Of a stretch of 64,000 nucleotides of DNA, positions 1 to 13,500 are shown one piece after another; position 1 is the stretch's first letter; each line of letters begins with the position of its first letter. Under the pieces are notes generated by a model. That model was not told the DNA's origin. It saw nothing but the letters and a program-made list of their open reading frames with translations, and searched no databases. The DNA comes from Eledone cirrhosa (lineage: Eukaryota): positions 23,746,001 through 23,810,000 of the forward strand of contig OZ024744.1 in NCBI GenBank assembly GCA_964016885.1, read 5' to 3'. The translations under genes and the position numbers were made by a program.

Positions 1-3000
1 TTTGAATCTTAAAAACTGACTCGTTTTAACAACAGCTGAATCTTAAGATAAAACTCGTTTTAACAACAGTTGAATCTTAAGAACTGACTCGTTTTATCAA
101 CAGTTCAACCTTAAGAACTGACTCGTTTTAACAACAGTTGAATCTTCAAATAAAACTCGTTTTAACAACAGTTGAATATTATGATAAAACTCATTTTAAC
201 AACAGTTGATTCTTAAGATAAAACTCGTTTTAACAACAGTTGAATCTTAAGAACTGACTCGTTTTAACAACAGCTGAATCTTAAGATAAAATTCGTTTTA
301 ACAATAGTTGAATGTTAAGAACTGGTTCGTTTTAACAACAGTTGGATCTTAAGATAAAACTCGTTTTAACAACAGTTGAATCTTAAGAACTGACTCGTTT
401 TAACAACAGTTGAATCTTAAGAACTGACTCGTTTTATCAACAGTTCAACCTTAAGAACTGACTCGTTTTAACAACAGTTGAATCTTCAAATAAAACTCGT
501 TTTAACAACAGTTGAATCTTAAGAACTGATTCGTTTTAACAACAGCTGAATCTTAAGATAAACTCGTATTAACAACAGTTGAATCGTAAGATAAACCTCG
601 TTTTAACAACATTTGAATCTTAAGAACTAACTCGTTTTAACAACAGCTGAATCTTAAGATAAAACTCGTTTTAACAACAGTTGAATCTTAAGAACTGACT
701 CGTTTTATCAACAGTTCAACCTTAAGAACTGACTCGTTTTAACAACAGTTGAATCTTCAAATAAAACTCGTTTTAACAACAGTTGAATCTTAAGATAAAA
801 CTCGTTTTAACAACAGTTGAATCTTAAGATAAAACTCGTTTTAACAACAGTGGAATCTTAAGAACTGACTCGTTTTAATAACAGTTGAATCTTAAGATAA
901 AACTCGTTTTAACAACAGTTGAATCTTAAGAACTGACTCGTTTTAACAACAGCTGAATCTTAAGATAAAACTCGTTTTAACAAAAGCTGAATCTTAAGAT
1001 AAACTCGTTTTAACAACAGTTGAATCTTAAGATAAACCTCGTTTTAACAACATTTGAATCTTAAGAACTGACTCGTTTTAACAACAGCTGAATCTTAAGA
1101 TAAAACTCGTTTTAACAACAGTTGAATCTTAAGAACTGACTCGTCTTATCAACAGTTCAACCTTAAGAACTGACTCGTTTTAACAACAGTTGAATCTTCA
1201 AATAAAACTCGTTTTAACAACAGTTGAATCTGCAAATAAAACTCGTTTTAACAACAGTTGAATCTTCAAATAAAACTCGTTTTAACAACAGTTGAATATT
1301 ATGATAAAACTCATTTAACAACAGTTGATTCTTAAGATAAAACTCGTTTTAACAACAGTTGAATCTTAAGAACTGACTCGTTTTAACAACAGCTGAATCT
1401 TAAGATAAAACTCGTTTTAACAACAGTTGAATCTTAAGATAAAATTCGTTTTAACAATAGTTGAATGTTAAGAACTGGTTCGTTTTAACAACAGATGGAT
1501 CTTAAGATAAAACTCGTTTTAACAACAGTTGAATCTTAAGAACTGACTCGTTTTAACCACAGTTGAATCTTAAGAACTGACTCGTTTTATCAACAGTTCA
1601 ACCTTAAGAACTGAGTCGTTTTAACAACAGTTGAATCTTCAAATAAAACTCGTTTTAACAACAGTTGAATCTTAAGAACTGATTCGTTTTAACAACAGCT
1701 GAATCTTAAGATAAACTCGTATTAACAACAGTTGAATCTTAAGATAAACCTCGTTTTAACAACATTTGAATCTTAAGAACTGACTCGTTTTAACACAGCT
1801 GAATCTTAAGATAAAACTCGTTTTAACAACAGTTGATTCTTAAGAACTGACTCGTTTTATCAACAGTTCAACCTTAAGAACTGACTCGTTTTAACAACAG
1901 TTGAATCTTCAAATAAAACTCGTTTTAACAACAGTTGAATATTATGATGAAACTCATTTTAACAACAGCTGATTCTTAAGATAAAACTCGTTTTAACAAC
2001 AGTTGAATCTTAAGAACTGACTCGTTTTAACAACAGCTGAATCTTAAGATAAAACTCGTTTTAACAACAGTTGAATCTTAAGATAAAATTCGTTGTAACA
2101 ATAGTTGAATGTTAAGAACTGGTTCGTTTTAACAACAGTTGGATCTTAAGATAAAACTGGTTTTAACAACAGTTGAATCTTAAGAACTGACTCGTTTTAA
2201 CAACAGTTGAATCTTAAGAACTGACTCGTTTTAACAACAGTTGAATCTTAAGATAAAACTCGTTTTAACAACAGCTGAATCTTAAGATAAAACTCGTTTT
2301 AACAACAGTTGAATCTTAAAAACTGACTCATTTTAACAACAGTTGAATCTTAAGAACTGATTCGTTTTAACAACAGATGAATCTTAAGATAAAACTCGTT
2401 TTAACAACAGTTGAATCTTAAGAACTGACTCGTTTTAACAACAGCTGAATCTTAAGATAAAACTCGTTTTACAACAGTTGAATCTTAAGAACTGATTCGT
2501 TTTAACAACAGCTGAATCTTAAGATAAACTCGTTTTAACAACAGTTGAATCTTAACATAAACCTCGTTTTAACAACATTTGAATCTTAAAAACTGACTCG
2601 TTTTAACAACAGCTGAATCTTAAGATAAAACTCGTTTTAACAACAGTTGAATCTTAAGAACTGACTCGTTTTATCAACAGTTCAACCTTAAGAACTGACT
2701 CGTTTTAACAACAGTTGAATCTTCAAATAAAACTCGTTTTAACAACAGTTGAATATTATGATAAAACTCATTTTAACAACAGTTGATTCTTAAGATAAAA
2801 CTCGTTTTAACAACAGTTGAATCTTAAGAACTGACTCGTTTTAACAACAGTTGAATCTTAAGAACTAACTCGTTTTATCAACAGTTCAACCTTAAGAACT
2901 GACTCGTTTTAACAACAGTTGAATCTTCAAATAAAACTCGTTTTAACAACAGTTGAATCTTAAGAACTGACTCGTTTTAACAACAGCTGAATCTTAAGAT

Positions 3001-6000
3001 AAAACTCGTTTTAACGACAGTTGAATCTTACGAACTGACTCGTTTTATCAACAGTTCAACCTTAAGAACTGACTCATTTTAACAACAGTTGAATCTTCAA
3101 ATAAAACTCGTTTTAACAACAGTTGAATCTTAAGAACTGATTCGTTTTAACAACAGCTGAATCTTAAGATAAACTCGTTTTAACAACAGCTGAATCTTAA
3201 GATAAACCTCGTTTTAACAACATTTGAATCTTAAGAACTGACTCGTTTTAACAACAGCTGCATCTTAAGATAAAACTCGTTTTAACAACAGTTGAATCCT
3301 AAGAACTGACTCGTTTTATCAACAGTTCAACCTGAAGAACTGACTCGTTTTAACAACAGTTGAATCTTCAAATAAAACTCGTTTTAACAACAGTTGAATC
3401 TTAAGAACTGACTCGTTTTAACAACAGTTGAATCTTAAGATAAAACTCGTTTTAACAACAGCTGAATCTTAAGATAAAACTCGTTTTAACAACAGTTGAA
3501 TCTTAAGATAAAACTCGTTTTAACAACAGTTGAATCTTAAGAACTGACTCATTTTAACAACAGTTGAATCTTAAGAACTGATTCGTTTTAACAACAGTTG
3601 AATCTTAAGATAAAACTCGTTTTAACAACAGTTGAATCTTAAGAACTGACTCGTTTTAACAACAGCTGAATCTTAAGATAAAACTCGTTTTACAACAGTT
3701 GAATCTTAAGAACTGACTCGTTTTATAAACAGTTCAACCTTAAGAACTGACTCGTTTTAACAACAGTTGAATCTTCAAATAAAACTCGTTTTAACAACAG
3801 TTGAATCTTCAAATAAAACTCGTTTTAACAACAGTTGAATCTTCAAATAAAACTCGTTTTAACAACAGTTGAATCTTAAGAACTGATTCGTTTTAACAAC
3901 AGCTGAATCGTAAGATAAACTCGTTTTAACAACAGTTGAATCTTAAGATAAACCTCGTTTTAACAACATTTGAATCTTAAGAACTGACTCGTTTTAACAA
4001 CAGCTGAATCTTAAGATAAAACTCGTTTTAACAACAGTTGAATCTTAAGAACTTACTCGTCTTATCAACAGTTCAACCTTAAGAACTGACTCGTTTTAAC
4101 AACAGTTGAATCTTCAAATAAAACTCGTTTTAACAACAGTTGAATCTTCAAATAAAACTCGTTTTAACAACAGTTGAATATTATGATAAAACTCATTTTA
4201 ACAACAGTTGATTCTTAAGATAAAACTCGTTTTAACAACAGTTGAATCTTAAGAACTGACTCGTTTTAACAACAGCTGAATCTTAAGATAAAATTCGTTT
4301 TAACAATAGTTGAATGTTAAGAACTGGTTCGTTTTAACAACAGTTGGATCTTAAGATAAAACTCGTTTTAACAACAGTTGAATCTTAAGAACTGACTCGT
4401 TTTAACAACAGTTGAATCTTAAGAACTGACTCGTTTTATCAACAGTTCAACCTTAAGAACTGACTCGTTTTAACAACAGTTGAATCTTCAAATAAAACTC
4501 GTTTTAACAACAGTTGAATCTTAAGAACTGATTCGTTTTAACAACAGCTGAATCTTAAGATAAACTCGTATTAACAACAGTTGAATCGTAAGATAAACCT
4601 CGTTTTAACAACATTTGAATCTTAAGAACTAATTCGTTTTAACAACAGCTGAATCTTAAGATAAAACTCGTTTTAACAACAGTTGAATCTTAAGAACTGA
4701 CTCGTTTTATCAACAGTTCAACCTTAAGAACTGACTCGTTTTAACAACAGTTGAATCTTCAAATAAAACTCGTTTTAACAACAGTTGAATCTTCAAATAA
4801 AACTCGTTTTAACAACAGTTGAATATTATGATAAAACTCATTTTAACAACAGCTGATTCTTAAGATAAAACTCGTTTTAACAACAGTTGAATCTTAAGAA
4901 CTGACTCGTTTTAACAACAGATGAATCTTAAGATAAAACTCGTTTTACCAACAGTTGAATCTTAAGATAAAATTCGTTTTAACGATAGTTGAATGTTAAG
5001 AACTGGTTCGTTTTAACAACAGTTGGATCTTAAGATAAAACTCGTTTTAACAACAGCTGAATCTTAAGAACTGACTCGTTTTAACAACAGTTGAATCTTA
5101 AGAACTGACTCGTTTTAACAACAGTTGAATCTTAAGATAAAACTCGTTTTAACAACAGCTGAATCTTAAGATAAAACTCGTTTTAACAACAGTTGAATCT
5201 TAAGAACTGACTCATTTTAACAACAGTTGAATCTTAAGAACTGATTCGTTTTAACAACAGATGAATCTTAAGATAAAACTCGTTTTAACAACAGTTGAAT
5301 CTTAAGAACTGACTCGTTTTAACAACAGCTGAATCTTAAGATAAAACTCGTTTTACAACAGTTGAATCTTAAGAACTGATTCGTTTTAACAAAAGCTGAA
5401 TCTTAACATAAAACTCGTTTTAACAACAGTTGAATCTTAAGAACTGACTCGTTTTATCAACAGTTCAACCTTAAGAACTGACTCGTTTTAACAACAGTTG
5501 AATCTTCAAATAAAACTCGTTTTAACAACAGTTGAATCTTCAAATAAAACTCGTTTTAACAACAGTTGAATATTATGATAAAACTCATTTTAACAACAGT
5601 TGATTCTTAATATAAAACTCGTTTTAACAACAGTTGAATCTTAAGAACTGACTCGTTTTAACAACAGTTGAATCTTAAGAACTAACTCGTTTTATCAACA
5701 GTTCAACCTTAAGAACTGACTCGTTTTAACAACAGTTGAATCTTCAAATAAAACTCGTTTTAACAACAGTTGAATCTTAAGAACTCACTCGTTTTAACAA
5801 CAGTTGAATCTTAAGATAAAACCCGTTTTAACAACAGTTGAATCTTAAGATAAAACTCGTTTTAACAACAGTGGAATCTTAAGAACTGACTCGTTTTAAT
5901 AACAGTTGAATCTTAAGATAAAACTCGTTTTAACAACAGTTGAATCTTAAGAACTGACTCGTTTTAACAACAGCTGAATCTTAAGATAAAACTCGTTTTA

Positions 6001-9000
6001 ACGACAGTTGAATCTTAAGAACTGACTCGTTTTATCAACAGTTCAACCTTAAGATCTGACTCATTTTAACAACAGTTGAATCTTCAAATAAAACTCGTTT
6101 TAACGACAGTTGTATCTTAAGAACTGATTCGTTTTAACAACAGCTGAATCTTAAGATAAACTCGTTTTAACAACAGTTGAATCTTAAGATAAACCTCGTT
6201 TTAACAACATTTGAATCTTAAGAACTGACTCGTTTTAACAACAGCTGCATCTTAAGATAAAACTCGTTTTAACAACAGATGAATCCTAAGAACTGACTCG
6301 TTTTATCAACAGTTCAACCTGAAGAACTGACTCGTTTTAACAACAGTTGAATCTTCAAATAAAACTCGTTTTAACAACAGTTGAATCTTAAGAACTGACT
6401 CGTTTTAACAACAGTTGAATCTTAAGATAAAACTCGTTTTAACAACAGCTGAATCTTAAGATAAAACTCGTTTTAACAACAGTTGAATCTTAAGATAAAA
6501 CTCGTTTTAACAACAGTTGAATCTTAAGAACTGACTCATTTTAACAACAGTTGAATCTTAAGAACTGACTCGTTTTAACAACAGCTGAATCTTAAGATAA
6601 AACTCGTTTTAACAACAGTTGAATCTTAAGAACTGACTCGTCTTATCAACAGTTCAACCTTAAGAACTGACTCGTTTTAACAACAGTTGAATCTTCAAAT
6701 AAAACTCGTTTTAACAACAGTTGAATCTTCAAATAAAACTCGTTTTAACAACAGCTGAATATTATGATAAAACTCATTTTAACAACAGTTGATTCTTAAG
6801 ATACAACTCGTTCTAACAACAGTTGAATCTTAAGAACTGACTCGTTTTAACAACAGCTGAATCTTAAGATAAAACTCGTTTTAACAACAGTTGAATCTTA
6901 AGATAAAATTCGTTTTAACAATAGTTGAATGTTAAGAACTGGTTCGTTTTAACAACAATTTGATCTTAAGATAAAACTCGTTTTAACAACTGTTGAATCT
7001 TAAGAACTGACTCGTTTTAACAACAGTTGAATCTTAAGAACTGACTCGTTTTATCAACAGTTCAACCTTAAGAACTGACTCGTTTTAACAACAGTTGAAT
7101 CTTCAAATAAAACTCGTTTTAACAACAGTTGAATCTTAAGAACTGATTCGTTTTAACAACAGCTGAATCTTAAGATAAACTCGTTTTAACAACAGTTGAA
7201 TCTTAAGATAAACCTCGTTTTAACAACATTTGAATCTTAAGAACTGACTCGTTTTAACAACAGCTGAATCTTAAGATAAAACTCGTTTTAACAACAGTTG
7301 AATCTTAAGAACTGACTCGTTTTATCAACAGTTCAACCTTAAGAACTGACTCGTTTTAACAACAGTTGAATCTTCAAATAAAACTCGTTTTAACAACAGT
7401 TGAATCTTCAAATAAAACTCGTTTTAACAACAGTTGAATATTATGATAAAACTCATTTTAACAACAGCTGATTCTTAAGATAAAACTCGTTTTAACAACA
7501 GTTGAATCTTAAGAACGTACTCGTTTTAACAACAGCTGAATCTTAAGATAAAACTCGTTTTAACAACAGTTGAATCTTAAGATAAAATTCGTTTTAACAA
7601 CAGCTGAATCTTAAGATAAAACTCGTTTTACAACAGTTGAATCTTAAGAACTGACTCGTTTTAATAACAGTTGAATCTTAAGTACTGACTCGTTTTATCA
7701 ACAGTTCAACCTTACGAACTGACTCATTTTAACAACAGTTGAATCTTCAAATAAAACTCGTTTTAACAGCAGTTGAATCTTCAAATAAAACTCGTTTTAA
7801 CAACAGTTGAATCTTCAAATAAAACTCGTTTTAACAACAGTTGAATATTATGATAAAACTCATTTTAACAACAGTTGATTCTTAAGATAAAACTCGTTTT
7901 AACAACAGTTGAATCTTAAGAACTGACTCGTTTTAACAACAGTTGAATCTTAAGAACTGACTCGTTTTATCAACAGTTCAACCTTAAGAACTGACTCGTT
8001 TTAACAACAGTTGAATCTTCAAATAAAACTCGTTTTAACAACAGTTGAATCTTAAGAACTGATTCGTTTTAACAACAGCTGAATCTTAAGATAAACTCGT
8101 TTTAACAACAGTTGAATCTTAAGAACTGACTCATTTTAACAACAGTTGAATCTTCAAATAAAACTCGTTTTAACAACAGTTGAATCTTAAGAACTGATTC
8201 GTTTTAACAACAGCTGAATCTTAAGATAAACTCGTTTTAACAACAGTTGAATCTTAAGAACTGACTCGTTTTATCAACAGTTCAACCTTAATAACTGACT
8301 CGTTTTAACTACAGTTGAATCTTCAAATTAAACTCGTTTTAACAACAGTTGAATCATCAGAACTGATTCGTTTTAACAACAGTTGAATCTTAAGATAAAA
8401 CTCGTTTTAACAACAGTTGAATCTTAAGAACTGACTCGTTTTAATAACAGTTGAATCTTAAGATAAAACTCGTTTTAACAACAGTTGAATCTTAAGAACT
8501 GACTCGTTTTAACAACAGCTGAATCTTAAGATAAAACTCGTTTTAACGACAGTTGAATATTAAGAACTGACTCGTTTTATCAACAGTTCAACCTTAAGAA
8601 CTGACTCATTTTAACAACAGTTGAATCTTCAAATAAAACTCGTTTTAACAACAGTTGAATCTTAAGAACTGATTCGTTTTAACAACAGCTGAATCTTAAG
8701 ATAAACTCGTATTAACAACAGTTGAATCGTAAGATAAACCTCGTTTTAACAACATTTGAATCTTAAGAACTAATTCGTTTTAACAACAGCTGAATCTTAA
8801 GATAAAACTCGTTTTAACAACAGTTGAATCTTAAGAACTGACTCGTTTTATCAACAGTTCAACCTTAAGAACTGACTCGTTTTAACAACAGTTGAATCTT
8901 CAAATAAAACTCGTTTTAACAACAGTTGAATCTTCAAATAAAACTCGTTTTAACAACAGTTGAATATTATGATAAAACTCATTTTAACAACAGCTGATTC

Positions 9001-12000
9001 TTAAGATAAAACTCGTTTTAACAACAGTTGAATCTTAAGAACTGACTCGTTTTAACAACAGATGAATCTTAAGATAAAACTCGTTTTACCAACAGTTGAA
9101 TCTTAAGATAAAATTCGTTTTAACGATAGTTGAATGTTAAGAACTGGTTCGTTTTAACAACAGTTGGATCTTAAGATAAAACTCGTTTTAACAACAGCTG
9201 AATCTTAAGAACTGACTCGTTTTAACAACAGTTGAATCTTAAGAACTGACTCGTTTTAACAACAGTTGAATCTTAAGATAAAACTCGTTTTAACAACAGC
9301 TGAATCTTAAGATAAAACTCGTTTTAACAACAGTTGAATCTTAAGAACTGACTCATTTTAACAACAGTTGAATCTTAAGAACTGATTCGTTTTAACAACA
9401 GATGAATCTTAAGATAAAACTCGTTTTAACAACAGTTGAATCTTAAGAACTGACTCGTTTTAACAACAGCTGAATCTTAAGATAAAACTCGTTTTACAAC
9501 AGTTGAATCTTAAGAACTGATTCGTTTTAACAAAAGCTGAATCTTAACATAAAACTCGTTTTAACAACAGTTGAATCTTAAGAACTGACTCGTTTTATCA
9601 ACAGTTCAACCTTAAGAACTGACTCGTTTTAACAACAGTTGAATCTTCAAATAAAACTCGTTTTAACAACAGTTGAATCTTCAAATAAAACTCGTTTTAA
9701 CAACAGTTGAATATTATGATAAAACTCATTTTAACAACAGTTGATTCTTAATATAAAACTCGTTTTAACAACAGTTGAATCTTAAGAACTGACTCGTTTT
9801 AACAACAGTTGAATCTTAAGAACTAACTCGTTTTATCAACAGTTCAACCTTAAGAACTGACTCGTTTTAACAACAGTTGAATCTTCAAATAAAACTCGTT
9901 TTAACAACAGTTGAATCTTAAGAACTCACTCGTTTTAACAACAGTTGAATCTTAAGATAAAACCCGTTTTAACAACAGTTGAATCTTAAGATAAAACTCG
10001 TTTTAACAACAGTGGAATCTTAAGAACTGACTCGTTTTAATAACAGTTGAATCTTAAGATAAAACTCGTTTTAACAACAGTTGAATCTTAAGAACTGACT
10101 CGTTTTAACAACAGCTGAATCTTAAGATAAAACTCGTTTTAACGACAGTTGAATCTTAAGAACTGACTCGTTTTATCAACAGTTCAACCTTAAGATCTGA
10201 CTCATTTTAACAACAGTTGAATCTTCAAATAAAACTCGTTTTAACGACAGTTGTATCTTAAGAACTGATTCGTTTTAACAACAGCTGAATCTTAAGATAA
10301 ACTCGTTTTAACAACAGTTGAATCTTAAGATAAACCTCGTTTTAACAACATTTGAATCTTAAGAACTGACTCGTTTTAACAACAGCTGCATCTTAAGATA
10401 AAACTCGTTTTAACAACAGATGAATCCTAAGAACTGACTCGTTTTATCAACAGTTCAACCTGAAGAACTGACTCGTTTTAACAACAGTTGAATCTTCAAA
10501 TAAAACTCGTTTTAACAACAGTTGAATCTTAAGAACTGAATCGTTTTAACAACAGTTGAATCTTAAGATAAAACTCGTTTTAACAACAGCTGAATCTTAA
10601 GATAAAACTCGTTTTAACAACAGTTGAATCTTAAGATAAAACTCGTTTTAACAACAGTTGAATCTTAAGAACTGACTCATTTTAACAACAGTTGAATCTT
10701 AAGAACTGACTCGTTTTAACAACAGCTGAATCTTAAGATAAAACTCGTTTTAACAACAGTTGAATCTTAAGAACTGACTCGTCTTATCAACAGTTCAACC
10801 TTAAGAACTGACTCGTTTTAACAACAGTTGAATCTTCAAATAAAACTCGTTTTAACAACAGTTGAATCTTCAAATAAAACTCGTTTTAACAACAGCTGAA
10901 TATTATGATAAAACTCATTTTAACAACAGTTGATTCTTAAGATACAACTCGTTCTAACAACAGTTGAATCTTAAGAACTGACTCGTTTTAACAACAGCTG
11001 AATCTTAAGATAAAACTCGTTTTAACAACAGTTGAATCTTAAGATAAAATTCGTTTTAACAATAGTTGAATGTTAAGAACTGGTTCGTTTTAACAACAAT
11101 TTGATCTTAAGATAAAACTCGTTTTAACAACTGTTGAATCTTAAGAACTGACTCGTTTTAACAACAGTTGAATCTTAAGAACTGACTCGTTTTATCAACA
11201 GTTCAACCTTAAGAACTGACTCGTTTTAACAACAGTTGAATCTTCAAATAAAACTCGTTTTAACAACAGTTGAATCTTAAGAACTGATTCGTTTTAACAA
11301 CAGCTGAATCTTAAGATAAACTCGTTTTAACAACAGTTGAATCTTAAGATAAACCTCGTTTTAACAACATTTGAATCTTAAGAACTGACTCGTTTTAACA
11401 ACAGCTGAATCTTAAGATAAAACTCGTTTTAACAACAGTTGAATCTTAAGAACTGACTCGTTTTATCAACAGTTCAACCTTAAGAACTGACTCGTTTTAA
11501 CAACAGTTGAATCTTCAAATAAAACTCGTTTTAACAACAGTTGAATCTTCAAATAAAACTCGTTTTAACAACAGTTGAATATTATGATAAAACTCATTTT
11601 AACAACAGCTGATTCTTAAGATAAAACTCGTTTTAACAACAGTTGAATCTTAAGAACGTACTCGTTTTAACAACAGCTGAATCTTAAGATAAAACTCGTT
11701 TTAACAACAGTTGAATCTTAAGATAAAATTCGTTTTAACAACAGCTGAATCTTAAGATAAAACTCGTTTTACAACAGTTGAATCTTAAGAACTGACTCGT
11801 TTTAATAACAGTTGAATCTTAAGTACTGACTCGTTTTATCAACAGTTCAACCTTACGAACTGACTCATTTTAACAACAGTTGAATCTTCAAATAAAACTC
11901 GTTTTAACAGCAGTTGAATCTTCAAATAAAACTCGTTTTAACAACAGTTGAATCTTCAAATAAAACTCGTTTTAACAACAGTTGAATATTATGATAAAAC

Positions 12001-13500
12001 TCATTTTAACAACAGTTGATTCTTAAGATAAAACTCGTTTTAACAACAGTTGAATCTTAAGAACTGACTCGTTTTAACAACAGTTGAATCTTAAGAACTG
12101 ACTCGTTTTATCAACAGTTCAACCTTAAGAACTGACTCGTTTTAACAACAGTTGAATCTTCAAATAAAACTCGTTTTAACAACAGTTGAATCTTAAGAAC
12201 TGATTCGTTTTAACAACAGCTGAATCTTAAGATAAACTCGTTTTAACAACAGTTGAATCTTAAGAACTGACTCATTTTAACAACAGTTGAATCTTCAAAT
12301 AAAACTCGTTTTAACAACAGTTGAATCTTAAGAACTGATTCGTTTTAACAACAGCTGAATCTTAAGATAAACTCGTTTTAACAACAGTTGAATCTTAAGA
12401 ACTGACTCGTTTTATCAACAGTTCAACCTTAATAACTGACTCGTTTTAACTACAGTTGAATCTTCAAATTAAACTCGTTTTAACAACAGTTGAATCATCA
12501 GAACTGATTCGTTTTAACAACAGTTGAATCTTAAGATAAAACTCGTTTTAACAACAGTTGAATCTTAAGAACTGACTCGTTTTAATAACAGTTGAATCTT
12601 AAGATAAAACTCGTTTTAACAACAGTTGAATCTTAAGAACTGACTCGTTTTAACAACAGCTGAATCTTAAGATAAAACTCGTTTTAACGACAGTTGAATA
12701 TTAAGAACTGACTCGTTTTATCAACAGTTCAACCTTAAGAACTGACTCATTTTAACAACAGTTGAATCTTCAAATAAAACTCGTTTTAACAACAGTTGAA
12801 TCTTAAGAACTGATTCGTTTTAACAACAGCTGAATCTTAAGATAAACTCGTTTTAACAACAGTTGAATCTTAAGATAAACCTCGTTTTAACAACATTTGA
12901 ATCTTAAGAACTGACTCGTTTTAACAACAGCTGCATCTTAAGATAAAACTCGTTTTAACAACTGTTGAATCTTAAGAACTGACTCGTTTTAACAACAGTT
13001 CAACCTGAAGAACTGACTCGTTTTAACAACAGTTGAATCTTAAGAACTGACTCTTTTTATCAACAGTTCAACCTTAATAACTGACTCGTTTTAACAACAG
13101 TTGAATCTTCAAATTAAACTCGTTTTAACAACAGTTGAATCTTAAGAACTGACTCGTTTTATCAACAGTTCAACCTTAAGAACTGACTCGTTTTAACAAC
13201 AGTTGAATCTTAAGATAAAACTCGTTTTAACAACAGTTGAATCTTAAGATAAAACTCGTTTTAACAACAGTTGAATCTTAAGAACTGACTCGTTTTAACA
13301 ATAGCTGAATCTTAAGATGAAACTCGTTTTAACGACAGTTGAATCTTAAGAACTGACTCGTTTTATCAACAGTTCAACCTTAAGAACTGACTCATTTTAA
13401 CAACAGTTGAATCTTCAAATAAAACTCGTTTTAACAACAGTTGAATCTTAAGAACTGATTCGTTTTAACAACAGCTGAATCTTAAGATTAACTCGTTTTA
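1..13500 (+). repeat. Left satellite sub-domain (variant family 1)
   Basis: Diagnostic variants GAATATTATGATAAAACTCATTTT...GATTC (e.g. ~174, ~2751, ~4177, ~7436, ~11983; last outlier ~17686) and AATAGTTGAATGTTAAGAACTGGTTCG (e.g. ~303, ~1456, ~4305, last ~11061). The CATCACATGT and GTCTCT variants are absent here. Right boundary is gradual. Confidence 0.8.
4468..12851 (+). repeat. Near-perfect tandem duplication, period 4,141 bp (~122 monomers)
   Basis: Rare variants recur at a constant +4141 offset: TAAACTCGTATT 4561/8702, AAGAACGTAC 7511/11652, GAATCATCAG 8351/12492. One internal mismatch seen (C6399 vs A10540). Periodicity breaks at 4467/8608 and 8711/12852. Confidence 0.92.

Noticed and set aside
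811-844. Array of loxP/FRT-like 34-bp recombinase sites
   Set aside because: Only the length matches. There is no 13-8-13 inverted-arm architecture, no sequence similarity I can see, and no recombinase gene in the window.
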